Positions 46,105-55,507 of a DNA stretch of 61,541 bases are shown here, in pieces (position 1 is the first letter of the stretch; every line of letters begins with the position of its first letter). The position numbers were made by a program, and so were the translations under genes. The notes beneath the pieces were generated by a model that was given only the letters and a program-made list of their open reading frames with translations, was not told where the DNA came from and did not search any database. Origin of the DNA: a virus (taxonomy: Duplodnaviria; Caudoviricetes); the IMG/VR virus record IMGVR_UViG_3300018481_000006, positions 1 to 61,541 of that record. One strand, written 5' to 3'.

Positions 46105-48858
46105 TCACACCGCCTGTAGCTGGGCGCTGCTGGAGGCCATGACTACCTCGGTGACCTCGGTGCGCGTCTGTAGCTCGATCTCCCAGTCGAGCGCGCGGAA
46201 TCCGGCAGGCAAGCGAAACGGCTCGCCGTTCTGGATCGTCTTCTCGTAGCGCAGGATGCCGTCGGCGTAGATGAAAAGCTCCGGATTCGGCGCGTAGTCG
46301 TTGTTGATGCACAGAACCTGCGCCCAGCCGAAGTTGTGCTGCATCCCTTGCCGGAACAGCTTGCTGCGCCACGTCGCCACCAGCGGAGCGCCGGAGTCGA
46401 AGCGCACGATGTCGGCACCGGAGGCGAAGTACAGAATGTCACGCTGCGGCGAGTAGTAGCCGGCGGTGATCGGCGGGTAGGGCGGCGCGTGCATGGCGTC
46501 GTTGATGTCCGACGTTGACAACAGAGCGCCGGCCCCGGAGATGTCGATGATCAGGATGCCGCGTCGCGGGTTCTCGTACAGAACGATCACCCGACCGTTG
46601 TGGATGAACGCCTGCATCTTCGACGGGTTGTAGCTCTGCCAGAGTTCCCGCGACAGCACGTTCAGCGTCACCACAGAGGTGGACTGGCCGATCATGGTCA
46701 TGCCATCCGGCGACGCGTACAGAACGCCGTCGCCAGTCTCCACCACGCTGCGCTTGGATGAACACGCCTGCGGCAGATGCATCTTGGTGGACGCCATCGC
46801 CCCGGGATCGATGCCGCTGAACAGGTACGGGTAGTTGTTGGTCAGCGCCACTACAGACTGGCCGAAGGTACCGATGGCGACGATGTTGTCGTCGATTGGG
46901 TACTCGTGCGGCCATGCGTGCGGCAGGTTCGGCTCCGAGAAGTACAACGAGTTGCCGGCGAACCCGACCGCCACGCCGTTCGCCATCATGCGCAATCCGG
47001 ACAACCCCTTGGGCGGCGGTATCCAACCGTCAGATGGCAGAAGCTCGCCGAGTGCGGACGTACGCACGTCGTCAACAAACGTTGACGAGGCAACATTCGT
47101 CTCGCCGACGTACTGGAACTTGGTGCGCTGGGTGCCGGTTGCCGACCGGTAGATGCGCTTCTTGGTGATGTTGTACTGGCCTCCGGGAGCGCCGGGAAGC
47201 GTCAGCGTCACCGGCTTGGCCGGATCGCAGGAGATCACTTCCGACGCTGGCGACGGCGCACCCTCCTCGTCGTACGCGGTGACCAGCGTGTACACGTAGA
47301 CGCGGCTCTCCGGCACTACAGAGGCCGGCACTTCAGCCTTCCCGGAAGGCGCACCTTTCGGCGCTGGCGGCGCATTCTGCAGGTCCACGTTGAAGCCGCC
47401 GCCCGGAAGCTGGGCGTCGGGGATTACGTCCACCGCCTGCGTGGCCGAAGCCGAGTTCTCGGCGACGAACTTCCAGTTGGCGTCGTCGGTGACGATCACT
47501 CCGGAAGACATGCTGATGTCCTGCCGGTACAGACGCTTCTTGACGACGCCGTCCGGGATCGGCTCGCTGTGGTACAGAACCACCTCGGTCTTGCCGTCGA
47601 CTACCGACACCACCTCGCTCACCGGGCTACGGTGGCTCTCGTTGTTGGACACGTTGACGAAGGTGACCATGTAGACGCGCTTCAGCGCAGAACCGCCGGT
47701 GCTGGCGGTGATGCCGGAACTCATCGAGTTCGGCGCGGACGATGGCGGGCCGTCGTAGATTCCCAGTATGTCCGATGGCCTTGAGGTACCGATGACGTCG
47801 ACGTAGCTTGTCTCGCTGACCGGTTGTTGGGTCAGCAGCAGGTAAGTGTTCTTGTCGGCATCCATTCTGTAGATGCGGAAGAACGTGGCCGAGTTGTGTG
47901 GGTCGACGATGTCGACCAGCGTCACCGTCTGTGTCTCGTCGGCGTCGTACTCGACCGGCCACTTGGAGGGCGGGGACTCCTTGTAGTGCTGGCCTTGGTA
48001 GTCGTACTCACCCAGCGTGTAGACGTACTTGCGCAGGATCGTCTTGGACTCCACCGCCTCACCAGCCGACACCACCGGCGGGTACTGCGGCGATGCCGAT
48101 GAATTGGCGTAGGTAGTCGGCATCTCGGGATGCACGTCCTGCCCGTCGGCCTGCGCCTCCATCTCCTCGTCTGTGAACACGTCCTCGTATTCGGTCTGTG
48201 CGAGCGGGATCGGCACCACGATCCGCCATTTCAGGTTGACCTTGCGCCACAGAATCTTGTGGGTGACCAGCATGTCACCCCGGTTGTCGGTGGTCAGGTT
48301 GGTGAACTTCACCGGCTTGCCGTCTACCGCCTGCACGGTGAGGGTTTCCCCGGGCGGACCGCCGGTCTTCGTCGAGTCGCGGTAGAACGACATCGTGTAT
48401 TCGCGGGGAACGGTGGTGACCACCTCCGGCGCGGTGAACGAGGCGACCGTAGGCGGGCTGCTCGGCTCGGGCACGCCCAGCATGTAGCTGCCCCCGGGCA
48501 AGGTGCCGCCGCCGCCGATGACCATGCTCGCTGGCGCGTAGCGCGGCTCGTCGGGCACGTCGGTCCAGTACAGACGGTCCCACTGGTCCTGCGCTATCGG
48601 CGAGCGCATGACGTCGGTGTCTTCCTCAAACTCCAGCCAGTAGTTCTCCTCGGCTTGATCGTTCTGTGGATCGAAGCGGTAGATGGTCTTCGCCCCGACC
48701 TTGGTCATCCCCTTCAGCTTGGTGGTCGCGTTGAGCGGGCGCAACGAGCCACTGTTCAGGATCACGTTGTTGGCAACCTGCGCATCCGATGGGTCCAACA
48801 GAAGTGCGTTGGAGATCGGCTTCAGCCCGTTGAAAGCCTTGACGACGATGGCGCTCAT
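46105..48858 (-). CDS. Tail nozzle / stabilisation protein
   Basis: 917 aa beta-rich; YFSEPNLPHAWP, YASPDGM, WRSKLF, FRLPAG motifs. Confidence 0.75.
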   Translation of the reverse strand: MSAIVVKAFNGLKPISNALLLDPSDAQVANNVILNSGSLRPLNATTKLKGMTKVGAKTIYRFDPQNDQAEENYWLEFEEDTDVMRSPIAQDQWDRLYWTDVPDEPRYAPASMVIGGGGTLPGGSYMLGVPEPSSPPTVASFTAPEVVTTVPREYTMSFYRDSTKTGGPPGETLTVQAVDGKPVKFTNLTTDNRGDMLVTHKILWRKVNLKWRIVVPIPLAQTEYEDVFTDEEMEAQADGQDVHPEMPTTYANSSASPQYPPVVSAGEAVESKTILRKYVYTLGEYDYQGQHYKESPPSKWPVEYDADETQTVTLVDIVDPHNSATFFRIYRMDADKNTYLLLTQQPVSETSYVDVIGTSRPSDILGIYDGPPSSAPNSMSSGITASTGGSALKRVYMVTFVNVSNNESHRSPVSEVVSVVDGKTEVVLYHSEPIPDGVVKKRLYRQDISMSSGVIVTDDANWKFVAENSASATQAVDVIPDAQLPGGGFNVDLQNAPPAPKGAPSGKAEVPASVVPESRVYVYTLVTAYDEEGAPSPASEVISCDPAKPVTLTLPGAPGGQYNITKKRIYRSATGTQRTKFQYVGETNVASSTFVDDVRTSALGELLPSDGWIPPPKGLSGLRMMANGVAVGFAGNSLYFSEPNLPHAWPHEYPIDDNIVAIGTFGQSVVALTNNYPYLFSGIDPGAMASTKMHLPQACSSKRSVVETGDGVLYASPDGMTMIGQSTSVVTLNVLSRELWQSYNPSKMQAFIHNGRVIVLYENPRRGILIIDISGAGALLSTSDINDAMHAPPYPPITAGYYSPQRDILYFASGADIVRFDSGAPLVATWRSKLFRQGMQHNFGWAQVLCINNDYAPNPELFIYADGILRYEKTIQNGEPFRLPAGFRALDWEIELQTRTEVTEVVMASSSAQLQAV

Positions 48859-48874
48859 GCTCCCCTCTGGAGAC

Positions 48875-48894
48875 GGGGGGCCGAAGCCCCCCCC
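48875..48894 (-). terminator. GC hairpin with TTCG loop (terminator or processing site)
   Basis: GGGGGGC-TTCG-GCCCCCC between two genes; no T tract. Confidence 0.4.
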
Positions 48895-48909
48895 TGCAAC
48901 CCTGCAACG

Positions 48910-49791
48910 TTACTTCGGCTGCGCTTTCGGCGGAATCCAGCACACCACCGGTAGCGTTCCCCTGCCGCCCCACGCCAGCACCGGCATAGACCCCGGCGGC
49001 ACGTTCGGCGGCGCAGCGACCGGCCTGTCTGTGGACACCGGGATCAGCAGCACGCTACCTTCGGGCAGTCCAGACCCGCCACCAGAGCCGCCACCACCAC
49101 TGCCGCCACCTTGCCCGGGCAGTGTGTTGTCGGGACGCGCTGGACGCCCCGGCGGCTCCCCCGGCAACGTGTTGTCCGGTATCTGCCCCGGTCCGGGAAG
49201 ACCGATGATCGGCGGCGACGCGTGAATCGGCGGCAGTCCCGGTGTGGGCGGCAGCGTGTTGTCGATCCCCGGCGGGTAGACGATGGGGTTGGACGGACGT
49301 CCGCCCTGTCCGGGCAGCGTGTTGTCGGGGCGACCCTGCCCCGGCGGCAAGCCTTGCTCGGGACGAGTGGGGCGTCCGGGCAGCGTGTTATCCGGACGAG
49401 CGCCCGAACCGGGAAGCCCTTGCTCTGGACGATCCGGGCGCGGCGTGCCTTGGCCGTAGCCGGGGTCCACGCCACCTTGTCCGGGCAGCGTGTTGTCGGC
49501 GTGTCCGGGCGGGTTGATGACGATGGCCTGCGACGGCACACCGGGACCGATGGCGTTGGGCGGGATGATGATCGGACGTCCACCGGGGAGCGTGTTGTCC
49601 GGGCGTCCGTAGCCGGGAAGGCTGTTGTCGGGACGGTCGGGACGCGGCGTGCCTTGGCCGTAGCCGGGGTCGGTCGGACGCTCCCAGCCGGGAAGCGTGT
49701 TGTCCGGGCGACCTTGGAACGGCGGCAGACCCTGATCGGGACGCTGGCCGGTTTCGCCGAGGAGAGTGATCAAAGCGTAGAACGATTGCAT
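48910..49791 (-). CDS. Pro/Gly-rich repeat protein (PDNTLPG repeats)
   Basis: About 8 DN[TS]LP units, DPGYGQGTPRPDRP x2, P[DE]QGLP x3. Confidence 0.75.
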   Translation of the reverse strand: MQSFYALITLLGETGQRPDQGLPPFQGRPDNTLPGWERPTDPGYGQGTPRPDRPDNSLPGYGRPDNTLPGGRPIIIPPNAIGPGVPSQAIVINPPGHADNTLPGQGGVDPGYGQGTPRPDRPEQGLPGSGARPDNTLPGRPTRPEQGLPPGQGRPDNTLPGQGGRPSNPIVYPPGIDNTLPPTPGLPPIHASPPIIGLPGPGQIPDNTLPGEPPGRPARPDNTLPGQGGGSGGGGSGGGSGLPEGSVLLIPVSTDRPVAAPPNVPPGSMPVLAWGGRGTLPVVCWIPPKAQPK

Positions 49792-49800
49792 AGCGTTTCC

Positions 49801-50043
49801 TTATGGTTGGGTAACGACACCCCTCACTACCATCGACAGGATAGCGACCAGCACGCTGCTGATCACCAGCCCAGCGATGCCATACGCGATCAGCTTGACA
49901 GGGGAAAACTCATGTTTGGAGACAAGGTTGTTCTTGACCACCCACGCCAGTAGCCGCACCTGTGCCTGCAGCACCGCGATGGAGGCGGCGATGCTGCGCT
50001 TGGGTGACTCATCCTCAAAGAAATCGTCATCCTCTGTGGACAC
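49801..50043 (-). CDS. Small membrane protein (holin/antiholin candidate)
   Basis: GTG start; C-terminal TM helix LIAYGIAGLVISSVLVAILSMVV. Confidence 0.55.
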   Translation of the reverse strand: MSTEDDDFFEDESPKRSIAASIAVLQAQVRLLAWVVKNNLVSKHEFSPVKLIAYGIAGLVISSVLVAILSMVVRGVVTQP

Positions 50044-50044
50044 T

Positions 50045-50776
50045 TCAACACACGATTGCCGGGGGCGTCGGGATGCAGTTGCTGTTGTTGGTGTGATCGT
50101 CGCTGGGGCTGTTGATGCGACCCGTGTTGCCGCTGTTCGTGCCGCTGTACGGTCCGGTGTAACTGCCACTGCCGATCACGCCGGAGTTGGTGACGATGAA
50201 GTTGGGCCGCGTCTGTGACGCGATGGCGGATGTGGCGATGCTCCCTATGGTGCCGAAGCCGGTGTTGGCGACGCTCTGTACGGTGCCGAACCCAGCGTTG
50301 GCGATGCCGACGTTGGAACTGAACCCGCCCAGAGCGGTGGTACCCAGCGCGTTGTAGCTGGCGATGGTCGAGTCAGCCGTGTTGCGGCTCTGTTCCACAC
50401 CCAGTTTGTAGCCGAAGTAGCCCTGCACGAGGGAGATCGCCGGACCGGCGAAGATCGCTGCCCACTTCAGCGCCCGTTGCTCTTGGTTCTCGGGGATGTG
50501 CGGAAGCTGCACCGGCACCACGGCGTGCGCGGATGACTCGCTGCCACGGCCCAGCGCCAGTGCTAGGATCGCCATCTGCCGGGAGGCGGGGTCGCCCCGC
50601 TCCGCGATGGCCCCTATCGCGTTGTACCTCGCCTCCTCGGCTCTCGCCTTCGCCACCTCGACGTTCTGTTGCGTGGTGACAGTCAGCCGGTAGCTCTCCA
50701 TCTGCAAAGCGAAGTTGGGGTCCATCGTGGTCTGGCACCCCGTCAGCAGCAGCGTGCTACAGAGCAGTCTCTTCAT
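50045..50776 (-). CDS. Lipoprotein
   Basis: MKRLLCSTLLLTGC lipobox; GGAG RBS. Confidence 0.75.
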   Translation of the reverse strand: MKRLLCSTLLLTGCQTTMDPNFALQMESYRLTVTTQQNVEVAKARAEEARYNAIGAIAERGDPASRQMAILALALGRGSESSAHAVVPVQLPHIPENQEQRALKWAAIFAGPAISLVQGYFGYKLGVEQSRNTADSTIASYNALGTTALGGFSSNVGIANAGFGTVQSVANTGFGTIGSIATSAIASQTRPNFIVTNSGVIGSGSYTGPYSGTNSGNTGRINSPSDDHTNNSNCIPTPPAIVC

Positions 50777-52038
50777 ATCTCCACCAGTCCGGGTTGGCGT
50801 TGGCCCTTGAGGGCAACCAAGTCCGCGTACACGTAGACGATGTTGTGCGTCTGGTGCCACACCGACGGGTACTCGTTGCGCATCGACGCACTCTGGAAAC
50901 GTCCCCTGATTCCCGGCACGTACTGTTGCTGCTGACGGCGGGTGTAGTACCAGAACGAGTTGGAGTTCCAGAACGAGGCATGGGTCGGGTCTTGAAAGGC
51001 TCCGCGTCCGTCTGTAGACGGGGTGGCGGTGAGCATCCAGCCTCCGGGCACCAGCACTCTGTACGCCTCGTTCATCAACCCCACCGTGCAGAACGGCGGC
51101 TGATGGGTGCAGCTTGAGTCGCGGCAGTGCGGCACATGCTCTAGGAAGTCGTAGGCCCGTATGCAGCCGACCGAGTTATCGGCAAACGGCCACGGTTGGC
51201 GCAGGTCTACCCCGGTCTTCAGGTCAGCGGCGACGAAGCCCTCCGGGCAACCGATGCCGCCGCCAAGATCGAGCTTCAGGTACTCGTTGCGACGGCACCA
51301 CTCGGCGACCAACTGGTGGGTGTAGCGATCACGTAGCTCGGCCTGCTTGCTCTGTATCTCGGCGTTGCGCTTGAGCCACGTGTTCTCCCCGTTGGACTGA
51401 AGTCTGTAGAGGTACAGAGCCTCCGGGATGTGCGCGAAACGCGCCCCGGCGAGGTAGGTCCGCATCACCAGATCGTGGTCGTCACAGATCGGCAACGCCG
51501 CGTCGTGTCCGCCCACCGCTCTGTAGGTGTCGGCGTTCCACACCCGGACGTGGTTGGGGGCGTAGAAGATTTCCCGCAGCGAGGACGCGTCCGGCTCAAA
51601 GCTGCGGTTGGCTTGGTGAACGTCGTCGCCGACTCTGTAGCTGTAGTGTTCCCAGCCCCACACCTTGTCGTACAACTCGTAGGTGCCGTCCGCCCTGAAG
51701 TTGGCAGCATCGGAGTAGATGAAGTCCGCTCCGTCATCCGCCGCCTTCGCCACCTTCTCCAGAGCGTTCGGCATCAGCTTGTCGTCGTGGTCGAGTTCGA
51801 CCAGCAGGTCACCCCTGCACTCGCCGCAGGCGAACTTCTTCAGCGCGCCGACGCCCTCTGTGCCGGTCGGTGCGTGCAGCACGCGGATGCGCGTGTCCTG
51901 CATCTCGGGAGGCAGCGTGGCCCCGTTGTTGATGACCACTACCCACTCCCAGTCGCGCACGCTCTGGGCGAGCAGCGAACGCTGTGCTTCGGCCAGATAC
52001 TTGGTGTCGTGGGTCGGCGTGAAGATGCTGAACTTCAT
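50773..52038 (-). CDS. GT2 glycosyltransferase fused to a class I SAM methyltransferase-like domain
   Basis: FSIFTPTH, ELDHDD (DxD), DDHDL; LDLGGG, DFLEH, EAYRVLVPGG, QDPTH. Confidence 0.85.
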   Translation of the reverse strand: MKFSIFTPTHDTKYLAEAQRSLLAQSVRDWEWVVVINNGATLPPEMQDTRIRVLHAPTGTEGVGALKKFACGECRGDLLVELDHDDKLMPNALEKVAKAADDGADFIYSDAANFRADGTYELYDKVWGWEHYSYRVGDDVHQANRSFEPDASSLREIFYAPNHVRVWNADTYRAVGGHDAALPICDDHDLVMRTYLAGARFAHIPEALYLYRLQSNGENTWLKRNAEIQSKQAELRDRYTHQLVAEWCRRNEYLKLDLGGGIGCPEGFVAADLKTGVDLRQPWPFADNSVGCIRAYDFLEHVPHCRDSSCTHQPPFCTVGLMNEAYRVLVPGGWMLTATPSTDGRGAFQDPTHASFWNSNSFWYYTRRQQQQYVPGIRGRFQSASMRNEYPSVWHQTHNIVYVYADLVALKGQRQPGLVEI

Positions 52039-54083
52039 CGGATCGGTTTTCCTAGTTGCGCTTCCAGCGCGGTGACTTTTGCGGACAGCTCCTGAATCGC
52101 CTTGATCATCGGCGCGATGAACTCGTCGTAACGCAGGCCAAGCTGGGCGTTCGGGTCGGCATCCCTCTCCAGCGTTGGGTCGATGTAGCCACCGAAGTCC
52201 ACCACCCCGGAAGCCTTCACCGACAGCGCCACCTCCTGCGCGATCAAGCCGTAGTGGGTGCGTACGCCGGGAACCGGAGTTACCACGTTCTTGTAGATGA
52301 TCGGCGGCTCTGTGCCTTCCGGCGGCGGCGTATCTTCAGCCGTGGGCGGTCGCTCCGCATCCGGGTCAGGCTCGCGCGTGACCACGTTCTTGCCGACGAT
52401 CCACTTGTACGACACCGGACGCAGCGTGTTGATGAAGTCCAGCCCGAGGTCGCTATCTGCAACGTCCTTTTTAGCGCGTGCATCCGAGGAGTTGACTACG
52501 CCGCTGACTGCCCAGATCGAGGTCCAACGATTGATAGCGTTGCCTGAACTTAGCTGGTTATCGACTTGCGGCTTGATAGCTTGGTAGCCGTTAAAAGAGA
52601 GGTCGTTCCACGCAGCCCCGCTATCGACGATCACCCCAAGGCTCGAAAACCCGCCTTGGTTGCTCATAAGGAAGTTGTTGGTGGTCCCCGGCAAGTGGAC
52701 CATCAACGGGCCGAACGCTGCAACAGTGTTGATGGAGACATGCCCGCCGTTGGGGTTCAGCAGGATGTTGTAGCTGACCATGTTGCTGGCGTCACGGGAC
52801 TGTATCCAGTTGCACCAGTTGTTGCCGTTGTGGTTCGCGCCAAAATCAAGTGCCACGTTGCCGGAATCGAGCCGTGTCTTGATTCCGTTGTCTACGCTGC
52901 CGGAGGTAAGCGGCCATGAGTGAACGGCGTGCGAGACGCAGAACTTCGGCGTCATGTAGACGTTGGCTGCGCCGACCCAAGCGTAGCCGCCAGCACCCAA
53001 CCCAGCGCCGCAACTCATGGTCCCGTTGCAGGCGATGTTGCCGCCGAGGTTCATGTAGCTGCCGCCGAAGTAGCTGGCGTTGACGTAGTAACCGGTAACC
53101 GTCCCGAAGGTCGGGTCCATCCCCTCATGCGCCACGCGATAGGAGTTGGGCGACATCGAGTAGCCGCCCCAACGCAGCGCGTTGTCGATGCTGCCGTCGA
53201 TGCCCAACTGCGCCGCCCACCCCGATCTGTGGAACGAGATACCAGCGAAACCGGTGGCGGAAGGGTTGTAAAGCTGCATCTGCCCCGTCGAACCCAGAAC
53301 CGTGATGGCCTGACCGGAGTTGTACGAGAGTTGCGTAAACCCGTTGACCTGCAAGTTTCTGCCGACCGTGAGGTCGTAGGTCAACCCCATACTGCTGCCG
53401 TTGATGTTGCCAACCGTGATGTTGCGGCCCTCGCTGTTGACGTGGTACTGGTCAACGTCCCACTTCCAGCCATAGCTGTTGGCAGACGTCCAGAACAGAT
53501 ACCGGTTTGCGCCCCAGTTGCCGCTGCCCCAGTACCACTGGGCGTCGGTGTCGAAACCGAAGTGCGCTATGTGGCGAGTCTGGACGTGAAAACAGATCGA
53601 CGCGGCATCGTCCGCCGTGCGCCCCTGCACTTGAAACGTGGAGCTATGCGTGCCGGAGTTGATGGTCCCACCCTGACCAGCCCCGATCACGATGAGACTT
53701 CCGACACCGTCGATGACGTTGGCGGCATTGCTGTGCAGGTAGCCGGTCAGGGGAGGCGTTACACCTTGGAATCCTTGCGTACCTTGCGGACCTTGGAACC
53801 CTTGCGGTCCTTGCGCTCCCTGCGGACCAACCAACCCTATCGGTCCCTGTGATCCCGTCGGACCCTGTGCGCCGGTTACGCCTTGGAAGCCTTGGAAGCC
53901 GCGCAACCCTTGCGTGCCCTGCGGTCCTTGCGGACCTTGGAAGCCTTGCGCACCCTGCACGCCTTGCGCACCAACCGTGTTGCCGCCCTTCCACGCACCA
54001 GCGGCGGCGCTCCAGTTCCACGTCGAGCCAGCCTCGCTGTGGACTTGCCCGTCGGTAGGGTTGCTGGGGAAGTTGATCATCAC
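52035..54083 (-). CDS. Tail fibre with collagen-like segment and C-terminal intramolecular chaperone (peptidase S74-like)
   Basis: GxQ triplets; [44 protein letters not shown]. Confidence 0.88.
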   Translation of the reverse strand: MMINFPSNPTDGQVHSEAGSTWNWSAAAGAWKGGNTVGAQGVQGAQGFQGPQGPQGTQGLRGFQGFQGVTGAQGPTGSQGPIGLVGPQGAQGPQGFQGPQGTQGFQGVTPPLTGYLHSNAANVIDGVGSLIVIGAGQGGTINSGTHSSTFQVQGRTADDAASICFHVQTRHIAHFGFDTDAQWYWGSGNWGANRYLFWTSANSYGWKWDVDQYHVNSEGRNITVGNINGSSMGLTYDLTVGRNLQVNGFTQLSYNSGQAITVLGSTGQMQLYNPSATGFAGISFHRSGWAAQLGIDGSIDNALRWGGYSMSPNSYRVAHEGMDPTFGTVTGYYVNASYFGGSYMNLGGNIACNGTMSCGAGLGAGGYAWVGAANVYMTPKFCVSHAVHSWPLTSGSVDNGIKTRLDSGNVALDFGANHNGNNWCNWIQSRDASNMVSYNILLNPNGGHVSINTVAAFGPLMVHLPGTTNNFLMSNQGGFSSLGVIVDSGAAWNDLSFNGYQAIKPQVDNQLSSGNAINRWTSIWAVSGVVNSSDARAKKDVADSDLGLDFINTLRPVSYKWIVGKNVVTREPDPDAERPPTAEDTPPPEGTEPPIIYKNVVTPVPGVRTHYGLIAQEVALSVKASGVVDFGGYIDPTLERDADPNAQLGLRYDEFIAPMIKAIQELSAKVTALEAQLGKPIR

Positions 54084-55504
54084 ATGCCCTGCACCATGTA
54101 CAGAGGGCCAGCGGTGTCAACCGTCTCGCCCCAAGTCGTCGCCCAGATCGGCGGCATAGACGCACCTTGGTTTTGCATCATCTGCGCGTTCCAACCTTCC
54201 CGGCCAAAGTTGCTTGGCATGAAGAGTCCGGGCGAGTACGGATTGACCGATTGCGTACCGCGCATGTCAAGCAAGTTCGCACCGATGTTCTGTACCGCCA
54301 GCCAGTACGCACCGGGGGAGAGGTACGCGGTCATATCGCACTGCATCCCGGCTTGCACGTCGAGGTAGTCTTGGCTGGTAAGCAGCGCGCCCGGGTTCGG
54401 GTACTGGCCGTCGTCATACACGCCGATGGCGATGTCGCAGACGCCGTCGTACACGGTTTCGACAAAAGCGGCTATCGTCATGCTGGTGGTGGTAAGCACC
54501 ATCCGCGTTGCTGCTGCCCATCCGGGCTGAAGAAGAGTCGGTACGTCATCATCGAACTTCCTCGGCCACAGATTCACCCAGCGCCCGGGGCCGGGACTCA
54601 CGCCGCCAGTCGAAGGAGCCTGTGCTGGTGGCACCACCCACGACAGACCACCGTTGCCGCTAACGTCGGTGAGTACAGAGCCTGCGCTTCCGATGCTCGG
54701 GGGCAGGTAGAACGTGACGTCGCTAGAAGCGGTTGGATACAGGCGCGTCGCCCCGCCACCAACCCCCTTCACCAGACTAAGCACGCCATCGAACAGCGTC
54801 GTGCCAAGTTGCAGTCTGCCGCCAACGGTAAGATTCTTCAGCGCCTTGTCGAAGACGAGGCCCGCATCACCAGCGAAAGCACCGCCATCGTTGAACTGAA
54901 TCTGTGTGGTCGCGCCACCGGGAGCGCCACCACCCACGTTCGACGGCAACACGTCTGTAGGGGTGATCTCGCGCAGCATCCCGAGGGATGACGAGTACAC
55001 CACCGGGATCACCTTGCCAGCGATGGCGTTCTGTAGCGCAATCGGCTCTTCCGGCTCAAACAGAATCTGGTTGACGCCGATCAGCCAGCCGATGCGCTGT
55101 GCGATATAGCCCACCACTTCCGCTGGCGGGGTCAGCGTGGCCGTGCCGTTGGAGTTAGCCAGCCACACCGGCACCGGACCACCCTGCGAAGTCGGATTGG
55201 CGATGGTTTGCTTGTCGTTGATGCCGCCCAAGTGAACGAGGGCGTTGCCGCCGCTCGCCACGTCCACGGTCACATAGCCAACCGCCGGACTGTGTGGCGC
55301 ACTGATGGCCGGGAACGCCCGGAACCTCGCCCCTGACGTGTAGTGGCGCACGGTGACGAACATGCCAGCAGTGAGCGCCACGCCCGCCTGCGCCATCACC
55401 GACGGGGACGGGTTGCCGATGTACCTGCCAGTCGGATAGGGATGCGTGATGTTGCCGTCCACCGAAATCGGGGCGGTGATCATCATCGGCTCTGTGATGG
55501 GCAT
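54080..55504 (-). CDS. Tail fibre-associated structural protein
   Basis: Shares PGG.T.Q.QFND.GAFAG and LP...G.AGSVLTD..GN..LSW blocks with the next gene. Confidence 0.7.
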   Translation of the reverse strand: MPITEPMMITAPISVDGNITHPYPTGRYIGNPSPSVMAQAGVALTAGMFVTVRHYTSGARFRAFPAISAPHSPAVGYVTVDVASGGNALVHLGGINDKQTIANPTSQGGPVPVWLANSNGTATLTPPAEVVGYIAQRIGWLIGVNQILFEPEEPIALQNAIAGKVIPVVYSSSLGMLREITPTDVLPSNVGGGAPGGATTQIQFNDGGAFAGDAGLVFDKALKNLTVGGRLQLGTTLFDGVLSLVKGVGGGATRLYPTASSDVTFYLPPSIGSAGSVLTDVSGNGGLSWVVPPAQAPSTGGVSPGPGRWVNLWPRKFDDDVPTLLQPGWAAATRMVLTTTSMTIAAFVETVYDGVCDIAIGVYDDGQYPNPGALLTSQDYLDVQAGMQCDMTAYLSPGAYWLAVQNIGANLLDMRGTQSVNPYSPGLFMPSNFGREGWNAQMMQNQGASMPPIWATTWGETVDTAGPLYMVQGM

Positions 55505-55507
55505 CGT

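Noticed and set aside
42813-54083. Diversity-generating retroelement acting on tail fibres
   Set aside because: No reverse transcriptase ORF and no template/variable repeat pair seen
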